From assembly GCA_965217895.1 (NCBI GenBank), contig CBDCJV010000002.1, forward strand, positions 4,224,001-4,288,000: a DNA stretch of 64,000 nt, in the 5' to 3' direction. Both the position numbers and the translations under genes were made by a program. Source of the DNA: Waterburya sp. (GTDB lineage: Bacteria; Cyanobacteriota; Cyanobacteriia; Cyanobacteriales; Xenococcaceae). How positions within the stretch are numbered: position 1 is the first letter of the stretch; every line of letters starts with the position of its first letter. Shown here piece after piece: positions 27,914 through 38,187 of the stretch. The notes beneath the pieces were generated by a model. It had not been told where the DNA came from. It saw only the letters and a program-made list of their open reading frames with translations, and searched no databases.

Positions 27914-28942
27914 ATGAATCAGTTAACTATTTCCAACATGGCGATTACACAGGGCGAGGAAACCTCGCCCTGTGTAATCGCCATCAATTTAGCAAGTCAG
28001 CATTCTGATAACAATCCAGTTGAGCCAATCTTTGCTCGCCACGAGACTTTTCATCCCCGTTTTGGCTGGCTTAAAAAAGGTTTCGATCTAGTAACACAAG
28101 ATCCAGATGTTTTTCAGAAAGACGATGCACCCGTTCAGCTAGGCGTAGGAAAGAATATGGTGCGTTCTATTCGCTATTGGTGCAACACATTTAAAGTTTT
28201 ATTAGACAACAAACCTAACGAATTTGGAAACAGGCTTTTTGCCGATGGTGGTTGGGATTCATTTCTTGAAGACCCAGCCTCTTTGTGGTTATTGCATTGG
28301 AATCTGCTCAAGCCTACTTGTGAAGCTGCTGCTTGGTATTTTACTTTTTTTGAATTTAAAAAAGTTGAGTTTACTACCGATGAATTACTCAATGAATTAA
28401 ATGAGTGGCAACAAGCTTTTAAGAAGCAAGTAGTGGAATCTTCGCTGAAAAAAGATATTTCCTGCATTCTGCGGATGTATGGTTCGGAAGAGGGTAATGC
28501 TGGTTTCCTTGAAGATTCAATTGATAGTCCTTTTCAACAGTTAGGAATCATTCAAAATCTAGGCAATAAAGGATATAGTTTTAAAACTGGAGCAAAAGCA
28601 AACTTACCTGCGTCCATTGTTGTGGCTGCTTGTTTGGAATATGCCAGCTGGATGAGCAAAACTGCTAAAACAATCGCCGTATCTCGTCTCGTGTACGATC
28701 CTGGTAGTCCAGGTATGGCATTCAAACTATCAGAGAATGTTCTTTGCGAAGCAATTGAAAAAATAGTTCGTTCTCATAATGAGTTGGATCTTTCTGATAC
28801 GGCAGGATTAATTCAATTTTCTTTTAAAAGCGATCCAAAACAGTTAGCAGAGGATATCCTAAATGAGTATTATCAGCGAGGAAGCTCGACGAACCAAGTT
28901 CGTCGAGCTTCCTCGCTTAAGTTCAGAGGCAGAGGGGAATAA
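27914..28942 (+). CDS. sspB: DUF4007 protein, SspB-like nickase
   Basis: FARHETFHPRFGWLKKG, LGVGKNMVRSIRYW, D.FLED..SLWLLHW. Confidence 0.85.
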   Translation: MNQLTISNMAITQGEETSPCVIAINLASQHSDNNPVEPIFARHETFHPRFGWLKKGFDLVTQDPDVFQKDDAPVQLGVGKNMVRSIRYWCNTFKVLLDNKPNEFGNRLFADGGWDSFLEDPASLWLLHWNLLKPTCEAAAWYFTFFEFKKVEFTTDELLNELNEWQQAFKKQVVESSLKKDISCILRMYGSEEGNAGFLEDSIDSPFQQLGIIQNLGNKGYSFKTGAKANLPASIVVAACLEYASWMSKTAKTIAVSRLVYDPGSPGMAFKLSENVLCEAIEKIVRSHNELDLSDTAGLIQFSFKSDPKQLAEDILNEYYQRGSSTNQVRRASSLKFRGRGE

Positions 28943-28944
28943 TA

Positions 28945-31900
28945 ATGGCGATTACGGCTAATACACTTGCTGATATTTTTAGCGTTAAGCGTCGCTATTC
29001 TCGTTCCGTCAACTTAGAGAGAGATTTAGAACAATCCGATGCGCTGCAAGGATACATCCTGACTGAAAGATCGGTTGATGCTCTGCGGAGAGTTCTATCT
29101 GGATTAGGTGAAGGTACTAGTAATGCCTGGACGTTGACTAGCGTTTATGGAACGGGAAAATCTGCTTTTGCTCATTATTTAGCTTCTCTATGTGCGCCCT
29201 CTAAGAGCAAAATGCGATCGTTTTCTTTAGAAATTACTCAAGCTGCTTTAGGAGCTGAAAGTGAAGAGTATCAAGCTTTAGAATCATCTATTCCCCAACA
29301 GGGGTATCTTCGTGCTGTAGCTGTAGCTCAAAGAGAGCCAATTAGTAACACAGTTGTTCGGGCATTACTTAGGGGTGCAGAAACATTTTGGACTCCTGCA
29401 AAACGAAAAAAGATTGAGGCGGTATCTAAATTACAAGAATTAGCAGCAGAAATAGAGCTAGGTAATAAAATTGATGGCAACGAAATTCCTGCTTTGCTTA
29501 AGGAACTAGCTAAAGCTTCTAAGACGGGACTTTTCCTAATTGTCGATGAGTTGGGCAAAAACTTAGAATATGCCTCTAATAATCAAGGTGCTGAAGACTT
29601 ATATCTCCTACAGCAACTAGCGGAGCTTCCTAGAGACGGTAAGCATCCTATTTATATTCTGGGAATTTTACACCAAGCTTTTGCTGATTACAGTCAAAGA
29701 TTAGCCTCCATTCAGCGTAATGAATGGTCAAAAATTCAGGGGCGATTTGAGGATATTCCCTTTACCGAATCAGCAGGTCAAATGATGCGATTAATCGGTA
29801 AGGCGATCAATCAGACCAGTACAGATACTTACGCTTGTGCGTTACATAATCAGGCTCAAGAATGGTTTGCGCGTTTAGATAATGTTTTTGGGAGAGAGGA
29901 ACTGAATGCAGAGATTTTAGAGCAAGTATATCCCTTACATCCTGTGTCTGCTCTAGTTTTACCGATTTTATGCCAACGGTATGCTCAAAACGATCGCTCT
30001 TTGTTTACTTTCCTGACAAGTTCTGAACCCTATTCCTTCAATAATTATTTGTCAGAGATGACAGTTGAAGGTGATAGGTTGCCATCCCTCAAGCTAGATA
30101 GGCTATATGACTACTTTATTGAAGCAGCAGGAATGGGACTAGCCTCTCGCCCAAATTTACAAAGATGGGTAGAGATTCAGGATTTGATAGCTGATGCTAG
30201 GCATCGCGATCCAGATATACTTAGAGTTCTCAAAACTATTGGAATTCTTAATTTAGTAACTATCACTGGCTTAACAAGGGCTACTCGTAAACTAGTTACA
30301 TTTGCCATGTGCGATCGCCCTGATGATATAAAAGAAATTGAATCTTGGGATCGGGTCATTGGCGAATTGCTAGAAAAAGGTTTAATCACCCACCGTCGTC
30401 AATTAGACGAACTGCGTATTTGGCAGGGTTCTGACTTTAATGTAGACAATGAGCTAATACGCTATCGAGAAGAAAACCGAGAACCATTGTTTGAGCTGTT
30501 GTCTTCGATTCGCCCTCTAAAGCCTTTGGTCGCTCAACGGCACAGCTATCAAACAGGAACGTTGCGTTATTTCGAGCGTTGTTATTTAGACAGTTCGGGC
30601 GATTTAAATGAGTTGGCTTCTTCTAGCAATGAAAGCGATGGACTTATTGGTTATTGGGTAGACGACATAAAACCCGAAACAGTGCCAAATTTAACTGCTG
30701 ATGGTAAACCACTAATAATATCGTGTGCTGCCGAACTGGAATCTTTGCGGATAAGAGCTAGGGAATATGCAGCATTGAAAAAGATTCAGAAAACATCTCC
30801 CGAATTACAAACTGATGGTGTTGCTAGAAGAGAAGTTCGCTACAGAATTACACAAGCAGAGCAATTGCTGTACGAATCTCTTCAAGAATCTTTTGAACTG
30901 GCAAATGATAAAAATGATTGCTGGATTGAAGGAAAACAGGAAACCATTCGTAATATCACCGAATTTAATTCCCACCTTTCGGCAGTATGCGATCGCATTT
31001 ACAATCTCAGTCCCAAAATTTGGAACGAACTAATCAACCGTCGTCAGCTTACTTCTCAAGGAGCTAAAGCCAGGCGACAATTAATTGAAGCTCTGATCGA
31101 AAATTCTGGCGTAGAAAAACTTGGATTAGAAGGATATGGTCCCGAAGTTACCATGTATCATTCTCTTCTTGGAGAAACCAGAATTCACAGGGAAGAAGAT
31201 GGGTATTGGGATATTTATCCGCCAGAGAAAGGATCGGGAGTATGGACGTTATGGCAAGCTGTTGATAAATTTTGTTTGGCTGCCAAAGAAAAACCGCAAA
31301 CTCTAGACCGTCTCTATCAAAAATTGGCAAATCCGCCTTATGGAATCAAGCAGGGAATGATTCCTATATTAATAGCTGCGGTATTGATCTATCACCTTGA
31401 TGATGTAGGTGTTTATCAAGACGGTACATTTATTCCTCTTCTGGGAATAGAGCATTTTGAGTTGTTGCTCAAAGATCCCTCTCGTTTTGCGGTCAAATCC
31501 TTTGAATTTATGGGGTTGCGATCGCAAGTTTTTAAAGAACTTGAGGCTATTTTACGCAGCTCTAAAGCTAAAAAAACTGGTAAATTGCGGAATGCGACTC
31601 TTTTAACCGTTGTGACTCCCCTCTATCAGTTTGTAAATAAGCTACCAAACTACACAAAACAAACTAAACGCTTGAGTCCAGAAGCAGTAGCTGTTTTACA
31701 AGACTTACAGAAAACAGTAGAACCAGACAAACTTCTGTTTACAGAACTTCCTCAAGCCTGTGGTTTACCTGCTATTGGCACGGAAGAAGCTGATGATGGC
31801 ACTACAGCTAAGGAATTGCGTGTAAACTTAGTCAAGGTTATTAAAGAGCTTAATCAAGCATACGATAACTTATTGGCTGAGTGTCAAAGTCTACTTCTCG

Positions 31901-32481
31901 ATGCTTTTGGAGTTCGCAGGGGAGAGTCAAAATTAAGAGAAGATTTACGAGTCAGATCTAACTATTTAATTGACAAGTGTATCGAACCAACTCTGAAACG
32001 TTTTACTAAAGCTGCCGTAGATGAAAAGGCAGACGATGAAGAATGGTTGAGAGCATTAGTGATGATCGTAGCCGACAAGCCTGCTGCTTCTTGGACAGAC
32101 CAGGATGTAACTCGGTTTGAGATCGAATTAGCGGATTTAGTCAGAAAGTTTCAAAATCTGGAAGCTCTACAGAAAGAAACAACTGCTAAAGGTGAAGGGT
32201 TTGAAGCTCGTCGCATTACCGTGACTCATGCAGATGGGCAGGAAACTCATCGTGTAGTTTGGGTTGATAACGAGCAGGAAAAACAGGTAGAGCAGTTAGT
32301 AATAGAGGTTATGAAGGTTTTGCCACAAGACCCTCAATTGCAGCAAGCTGTACTAACTAAACTTACTGAAAGAATTTTAAATGCTTCTTCAGAGTCTAAT
32401 AAAGAAATAACCAAGATTTCGAGGAAGCGCAAGGTTAAAGAAACTCAAACATCAAATAAATCTGAAAAAGCAGCAAAATAA
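28945..32481 (+). CDS. sspC: Large P-loop ATPase, SspC-like
   Basis: RSVNLERD, VYGTGKS, IVDELGK.LE, EW.KIQGRF, YPLHP, AQNDRSLFTFL, PPYGIK.G. Confidence 0.8.
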   Translation: MAITANTLADIFSVKRRYSRSVNLERDLEQSDALQGYILTERSVDALRRVLSGLGEGTSNAWTLTSVYGTGKSAFAHYLASLCAPSKSKMRSFSLEITQAALGAESEEYQALESSIPQQGYLRAVAVAQREPISNTVVRALLRGAETFWTPAKRKKIEAVSKLQELAAEIELGNKIDGNEIPALLKELAKASKTGLFLIVDELGKNLEYASNNQGAEDLYLLQQLAELPRDGKHPIYILGILHQAFADYSQRLASIQRNEWSKIQGRFEDIPFTESAGQMMRLIGKAINQTSTDTYACALHNQAQEWFARLDNVFGREELNAEILEQVYPLHPVSALVLPILCQRYAQNDRSLFTFLTSSEPYSFNNYLSEMTVEGDRLPSLKLDRLYDYFIEAAGMGLASRPNLQRWVEIQDLIADARHRDPDILRVLKTIGILNLVTITGLTRATRKLVTFAMCDRPDDIKEIESWDRVIGELLEKGLITHRRQLDELRIWQGSDFNVDNELIRYREENREPLFELLSSIRPLKPLVAQRHSYQTGTLRYFERCYLDSSGDLNELASSSNESDGLIGYWVDDIKPETVPNLTADGKPLIISCAAELESLRIRAREYAALKKIQKTSPELQTDGVARREVRYRITQAEQLLYESLQESFELANDKNDCWIEGKQETIRNITEFNSHLSAVCDRIYNLSPKIWNELINRRQLTSQGAKARRQLIEALIENSGVEKLGLEGYGPEVTMYHSLLGETRIHREEDGYWDIYPPEKGSGVWTLWQAVDKFCLAAKEKPQTLDRLYQKLANPPYGIKQGMIPILIAAVLIYHLDDVGVYQDGTFIPLLGIEHFELLLKDPSRFAVKSFEFMGLRSQVFKELEAILRSSKAKKTGKLRNATLLTVVTPLYQFVNKLPNYTKQTKRLSPEAVAVLQDLQKTVEPDKLLFTELPQACGLPAIGTEEADDGTTAKELRVNLVKVIKELNQAYDNLLAECQSLLLDAFGVRRGESKLREDLRVRSNYLIDKCIEPTLKRFTKAAVDEKADDEEWLRALVMIVADKPAASWTDQDVTRFEIELADLVRKFQNLEALQKETTAKGEGFEARRITVTHADGQETHRVVWVDNEQEKQVEQLVIEVMKVLPQDPQLQQAVLTKLTERILNASSESNKEITKISRKRKVKETQTSNKSEKAAK

Positions 32482-32556
32482 TTTAAAAATTATTTTAGCA
32501 ACTAAGGCTTTCTTGTATAGGAAAACAATAGAGACATGTGTTAAGGAATAATACTC

Positions 32557-33288
32557 GTGAAAATAGACGGTTTTATTGAGATTTTAGATAGATATTTTTT
32601 GGATTTTATTGGTACAGTTATTCCAGGTACTGCGTTTATAACAGAAATTTATATACTTTTAAAACAGCCACTACTGTCTAATAAAATAATAGTATCAAAC
32701 AGTGGAGCAACTTGAATTTTTTGCATCATCTTAGGATATATAGTGGGACACGCATTGAGTAGTATTGGAAATTACGTAATTATTGAACTTTTAGAACACT
32801 TAAAAGCTCACCAATATACTAAATGGTTATTGCCAAGGTTTATCACCCCAAAAAAGCAGCTTTTTGAAAAAATACAAAAGCGAATAGATTACAAGCAATT
32901 AGTTAGTCAAGCAATAAAGTATTTTTCTATTGAAGTAGAAGCAGAAAGTGATTTTAGTTCTTGGCGAAATATAGCAATGTCTTTAGCAGAAGATAATTCC
33001 TTAGCATATCGTTTTATGTTCCTTTCTTTAATGAATTTAGGTATAGCGACTAGTATTCTGCTAACAGATTTATTGTGGATTCTACTACATCTAATAAATG
33101 GTCGTTTTGGAATTAACCTTAATTTGCTTAATTTCAATTTGGTATCATTTATTTTAATTTTTTTAGTTAGCTTGCCATTTTTGGAAAGATACTATCAATT
33201 TTATAGATATTCTATGGAAGTTCCTTTCTCTAAAGCTCTAGTAAAGCTTAAAGAGCTAGAACAAACCTCCAATGAAAGAGATACCTGA
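32557..33288 (+). pseudogene. Multi-pass membrane protein with in-frame TGA
   Basis: GTG 32557 after AAGGA; FLDFIGTVIPG..T*IFCIILGYIVGH; TGA at 32713-32715 in frame with ORF 32743-33288. Confidence 0.65.
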
Positions 33289-35362
33289 CGATATTATGTC
33301 TGATGTGATCGCCTGTTTTCCGCAAATAATTAAATTGTGCCGTCAGAGTAAAGTCGGCAAGATTTTACCTGATGCCTTTTACATTCATATCAGCGCGATC
33401 GCAGAACTGGACGATCTTGTCATTGCTTATGAGGCTAAAGCTAGAGAGTTACTAGGCAAGAGAGACAATGACTACAATATTCTGAAATTTGGGTTGTCAA
33501 AGCCCCAAATATCTTATTTGTCCTATCCTAAATTCGAGTCAGATCCCCATCCTCGTCTGAAATCCAGCCTAATTGTCAATCTTCAAACTAAGGATATTGT
33601 TTATCGAGATTATACGGATTCTAAAAATCCCCCCATCCTGCACAGAAAAGAAACCTTCATCTCCAAACAGCACCATCTATACGATAAATTTAGTCACCTA
33701 ACTAAGTGCGAACAAGAAATTGGGTTACTCAAGCCTGCTAAACAGATTGGATTTCTTAAACAATGGCAGCAGTTTCTCGCTCTCAACCACATTCAATTTG
33801 AGGATCACTATTTAGCTTGCGCGATCGATAAGGCTGGCAATAACAACAAACTTCTGGAAATAGATCGTCATAAAGCAGCGATTGTTCGTAACGATCTGTC
33901 CCGTCCTGTAAAACTGGCTTTTGAGGCTAATTTGCTTTCAGATAAAGTCAGTTTTTTTGATTATGGGTGCGGTCATGGAGGAGATGTTAGCAGACTTACC
34001 GATCGAGGAATTGAGAGTGCAGGATGGGACCCCCATTACTTTTCAGAACATCCATTGAATTCGGCTGATGTTGTTAACGTCGGATACGTAATCAATGTCA
34101 TTGAAAATCTTGCCGAACGCAGACAAGCCTTAATAAATGCTTGGAATTTGACTAAAAAGGTTTTAATCGTCTCGGCTCAAGTATTGGTAAGTGATGCCAG
34201 TAGAAACTGGGTTGCTTATGGTGACGGAGTAGTGACAAGTCGCAATACCTTTCAAAAATATTTTGAACAGGAAGAACTAAAGCTTTATATAGATCAAGTT
34301 TTAGAAGTAGATTCAATTCCTTCTGCTTTGGGAGTATATTTTGTTTTTCGCGATCCGATTGAGGCTGAAAAGTTTCGTTCTTCTCGTTTTCGCTCTCGTG
34401 CTAGAACTCCTAGAGTTCAGCTAAGAGTTAATTACTTTGAGGAATATAAACATTTACTTGCTCCCTTGATGGAGTTTATGACCGAACGAGGTCGTTTACC
34501 CGTTAAAGGAGAATTGGATAGTGAATCAGAGATTAAAGCCAAATTCGGTAGCCTACGTAAAGCATTTAACTTAATACTGAAGGCGACTAGTGAAGATGAA
34601 TGGTCGGCGATCGCCGAAAAAAGAAGCCAGGAATTGTTAATTTATTTGGCATTGAGTAATTTTCATAAACGCCCCAAATGCAGACAGCTATCCTCAGACG
34701 TACAAGAAGATATAAAAGCATTATTTGGCAGCTACAAACAAGTCTGTACAGAAGCTGATGCCATGCTACTAAGTTTGGGCAACTTGGAAAATATCGCACG
34801 GGCAGCAAATGAAAGTTCGATTGGGAAAAAACTAACTAACTCATTACTCATTCATATCAGTGCTTTGGAACAGCTAGACCCGTTGCTGAGACTTTATGAG
34901 GGATGCGCTAGTAGAACTATTGGACGTTTAGAAGATGTCAACGTTATCAAATTCTATACTAGTAAGCCTCAAATTTCCTATCTTCATTACCCAAATTTCG
35001 ACGACGATCCCCATCCATTTTTGAAAACCAGTATGCAAATTAGGTTACGTGACTTGCGAGTATACTATCGCGATTATGAATTACAAGGCGACACGCCTAT
35101 TTTGCATCAGAAAGATCTATTAGTTACAGAGGATTACCCTGGCTACGAAAAATTTGCTAAATTAACAGCTCAAGAAAATAATTGGGATTTATTGAGTAAC
35201 TGGCAGCAAATCAGGTCTTATGGGGGTTGGCAAGCTTGCTTAGAGGAACATTGTGCCGAGCTTAAAGGTCATCGAGTCTACTTCCAAAATGATGCCGACC
35301 CCTATAAATTAAAGATTCTAAAATCTGGAATTCAGAAAAGGCGCAAACAAAACCAAGGATGA
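33272..35362 (+). CDS. DNA phosphorothioation-associated putative methyltransferase
   Basis: RHKAAI.R..LSRP, FDYGCGHGGD SAM motif, GWDP, GYVINVIE, T.RNTFQK; duplicated YP.F..DPHP..ILH.K domain. Confidence 0.85.
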   Translation: MKEIPDDIMSDVIACFPQIIKLCRQSKVGKILPDAFYIHISAIAELDDLVIAYEAKARELLGKRDNDYNILKFGLSKPQISYLSYPKFESDPHPRLKSSLIVNLQTKDIVYRDYTDSKNPPILHRKETFISKQHHLYDKFSHLTKCEQEIGLLKPAKQIGFLKQWQQFLALNHIQFEDHYLACAIDKAGNNNKLLEIDRHKAAIVRNDLSRPVKLAFEANLLSDKVSFFDYGCGHGGDVSRLTDRGIESAGWDPHYFSEHPLNSADVVNVGYVINVIENLAERRQALINAWNLTKKVLIVSAQVLVSDASRNWVAYGDGVVTSRNTFQKYFEQEELKLYIDQVLEVDSIPSALGVYFVFRDPIEAEKFRSSRFRSRARTPRVQLRVNYFEEYKHLLAPLMEFMTERGRLPVKGELDSESEIKAKFGSLRKAFNLILKATSEDEWSAIAEKRSQELLIYLALSNFHKRPKCRQLSSDVQEDIKALFGSYKQVCTEADAMLLSLGNLENIARAANESSIGKKLTNSLLIHISALEQLDPLLRLYEGCASRTIGRLEDVNVIKFYTSKPQISYLHYPNFDDDPHPFLKTSMQIRLRDLRVYYRDYELQGDTPILHQKDLLVTEDYPGYEKFAKLTAQENNWDLLSNWQQIRSYGGWQACLEEHCAELKGHRVYFQNDADPYKLKILKSGIQKRRKQNQG

Positions 35363-35523
35363 TAATATTTTTTTCTCTAGAGTAAATTTTACTTTTACTT
35401 TAGGGAACTATTTAAGTAACCCTTATAGTTGGTATTCAAAAAGCCGTTAATGCAATTGGGACAAGAGTAGTATAGTAAACATATGCTGGTATTTTGAAAT
35501 CAGACCGTTATTTATAATTGAGA

Positions 35524-36324
35524 ATGAGTGAAAAAAAAGTTAGGCATGTATTAGGACTCTCAGGAGGTAAGGACTCAACTGCCTTAGCTATTTTGCTGCA
35601 TCAAGAAATTCCTGACATGGAATACTTTTTTTGTGACACTCATAAGGAATTACCCGAAACTTACGAATATTTAGATCGTATTAAGGCTCGCTTGGGCATT
35701 AAAATCAACTACTTAAGTGAAAAAAGAGGTTTCGATCATTGGTTAGCTCTTCACGATGGTCTATTGCCCTCGCCTCAAATGCGGTGGTGTACCATCAAAA
35801 TGAAAATTAAGCCTTTTGAAGAGTTTGTGGGCAATGATGAAGCAATCAGCTATATTGGCATTCGTGCTGATGAAAATCGTGATGGCTATCTATCTACTAA
35901 ACCAAATCTAAAGCCTGTATTTCCTTTTAAGGAAAGAGGATTAGTCAAAGCAGATATTATCCGCTTACTAGAAGACAGCGGTATTGGTCTACCCGATTAC
36001 TATCGCTGGCGCAGTCGCTCGGGCTGTTTTTTTTGTTTCTTTCAGCGTAAATATGAGTGGGTAATGCTAGCCCAAGAACATCCAGATTTGTTCGCTAAAG
36101 CAATTGAATATGAGCAGAATCATGCCGATGGTCGAACCTATACCTGGACACAGGGAGAAACGTTATCGGAACTTTTAGAACGTAAGGATGAAATTATTGC
36201 TAACCATGACAAGGCAATAAACAAAACTAAAAAAGCTGCTCCTAATCGTCCTTTAGCCGAAGCTTTAGAGTCAGTTTTGGATGACGAAGATGATGGTTTG
36301 CCCTGTTTAGCTTGTCATTTATAA
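35524..36324 (+). CDS. sspD: PAPS-reductase family protein, SspD-like
   Basis: SGGKDS, RWCT..K..P, GIRADE, RSRSGCFFCF, terminal CLACHL. Confidence 0.85.
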   Translation: MSEKKVRHVLGLSGGKDSTALAILLHQEIPDMEYFFCDTHKELPETYEYLDRIKARLGIKINYLSEKRGFDHWLALHDGLLPSPQMRWCTIKMKIKPFEEFVGNDEAISYIGIRADENRDGYLSTKPNLKPVFPFKERGLVKADIIRLLEDSGIGLPDYYRWRSRSGCFFCFFQRKYEWVMLAQEHPDLFAKAIEYEQNHADGRTYTWTQGETLSELLERKDEIIANHDKAINKTKKAAPNRPLAEALESVLDDEDDGLPCLACHL

Positions 36325-36327
36325 CTT

Positions 36328-38187
36328 ATGAATACTTACCCTTCTTCTATTAAATCTAAATGGATTGATTTTCTCAGACATTACGGGCCAATTCCTCGCA
36401 ATGACAATATGTATGATGAGGTTATTCAACGAACCTTAAAAAGAAAAAAAGTTGACCCTATTATTTTTGATACAGAATATCTTAATGAGTTAATTGAAAA
36501 TTTTCAAGGAAGTTCGCCTAAATCAGTAATTTTAACGGGAACGGCTGGAGATGGTAAAACATTTTGTTGTCGTCAGATTTGGGAAGCATTAAACGGTCAA
36601 TCCGAAGATTGGGAAAAAGACCAAAAAGTTTATCAATTAGAAATTGGAAATAAACAACTATTCGTTGTTAAAGACCTAAGCGAATTAGAAGATCATCGTA
36701 AAACGAACTTATTAACTAAAATGGCTGACTCTATTGTTCAGCCTTCTTCTTCAGATATTTATCTAATTGCAGCTAATGATGGACAACTAATAGAAGCATG
36801 GAAAAAAGCTCAAGATACGCCTAGCGTAAAAGAAGTTCGTCAAGTTATTGAAGAGTTATTAGTTACTGATACCAAAGAAAAATCTAATTACAATTTACAT
36901 TTATATAATCTCAGTCGTTTAAGTGCTGCCAAAATTGTCCTCAAAATCCTAGATGCAGTATTAAATCATTCTGGTTGGCAGGAATGCCATCAGTGTTCTT
37001 ATTACAACCCTCCTAGCCAGAACGAAAAATGTCCTATTTGGGAAAACAAAATAAGACTTGAAGGTACAGAGAATAACAAAACGCTCCAAAGCAGATTAGT
37101 CGATCTTCTTGAATTAGCTGAACTTAATGAAATGCACCTTCCTATTCGGCAATTACTTTTGCTTATTGCCAATATTTTACTTGGTCATCCTGATGGTAAA
37201 GATAAACTTTTAAACTGTAGAAAAATTCCTGCTATTGTTGGACAAGGAACCAGTCATAATGCCAGCCTATATCGCAATATTTTTGGTGCAAATTTATCTC
37301 TTAGAAAAAGGACTTCTATCGAAGTTTTTAAAGTATTGAATTATTTTGGTATAGGAACTGAAACCAGCAATCAAATTGATAATATCCTTATTTTTGGCTC
37401 TGACGATCCTAACTTTAAAGATGACTATAACTCTTTGATTGAAACCGATACTTTTTATGGTGCATATCGTAATTTTTATTTAAAACAAAAAAGCTATCTT
37501 GAAGGAAATTACTCAGAAGATAGAAATGATTTTTTAGTAATGCTTCAATCTCAAAGGCAAAGACTATTTTTTGTTATTTCACTCGAACAAGAATTAAGCC
37601 TTGATTTCTGGAATTTAACAGTATTTCAATATGCAGGAGAATATTTAAATGATGTCTATCGAGTCTTAAAAAATAACCAACAAATTTCTCAAATTATAAT
37701 TGGACGTTTAATCAGAGGACTTAATCGTATTTTTACAGGAATGTTGGTTAAAAATCAAGATAAATTAATTATTGCAACGTCAGGAAGTTACTCTCAAGCA
37801 AGAATCAGTAAAGTTTATGAAGATGAAATATCCGTTAGAAAAAAAAGAGGTGAAGAAGTTACTATAGAACTAGAAACAAACCAAAATAAACTAAATTTAG
37901 TGGTTTATCTTTCCTCGAATCAAGAATTGTTTCCCATTAAATTAGGTCTTAATTTAACTCGCTATGAATACCTAAGTAGAGTAGCAGAAGGTACATTACC
38001 TAGCAGTTTTTCTAAAGAGTGTTATGAAGACATATTAGCTTTTAAAACTCAAGTTTTACAACAAATTGAACAAAGAAAACGTCTTGAAGGGGAAGAGGAA
38101 ATAGACTCGGAAAATTATATGTTACTTCAATTACTTGAAGTCAAAGATGAAATTGCTCATTCTGTTCAAGTAGAAATTAAGATATGA
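36328..38187 (+). CDS. sspF: PT-linked restriction protein F-like ATPase (SspF/DptF-like)
   Basis: VILTGTAGDGKT, VKD.SE, IAANDG.L; position in cluster. Confidence 0.7.
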   Translation: MNTYPSSIKSKWIDFLRHYGPIPRNDNMYDEVIQRTLKRKKVDPIIFDTEYLNELIENFQGSSPKSVILTGTAGDGKTFCCRQIWEALNGQSEDWEKDQKVYQLEIGNKQLFVVKDLSELEDHRKTNLLTKMADSIVQPSSSDIYLIAANDGQLIEAWKKAQDTPSVKEVRQVIEELLVTDTKEKSNYNLHLYNLSRLSAAKIVLKILDAVLNHSGWQECHQCSYYNPPSQNEKCPIWENKIRLEGTENNKTLQSRLVDLLELAELNEMHLPIRQLLLLIANILLGHPDGKDKLLNCRKIPAIVGQGTSHNASLYRNIFGANLSLRKRTSIEVFKVLNYFGIGTETSNQIDNILIFGSDDPNFKDDYNSLIETDTFYGAYRNFYLKQKSYLEGNYSEDRNDFLVMLQSQRQRLFFVISLEQELSLDFWNLTVFQYAGEYLNDVYRVLKNNQQISQIIIGRLIRGLNRIFTGMLVKNQDKLIIATSGSYSQARISKVYEDEISVRKKRGEEVTIELETNQNKLNLVVYLSSNQELFPIKLGLNLTRYEYLSRVAEGTLPSSFSKECYEDILAFKTQVLQQIEQRKRLEGEEEIDSENYMLLQLLEVKDEIAHSVQVEIKI

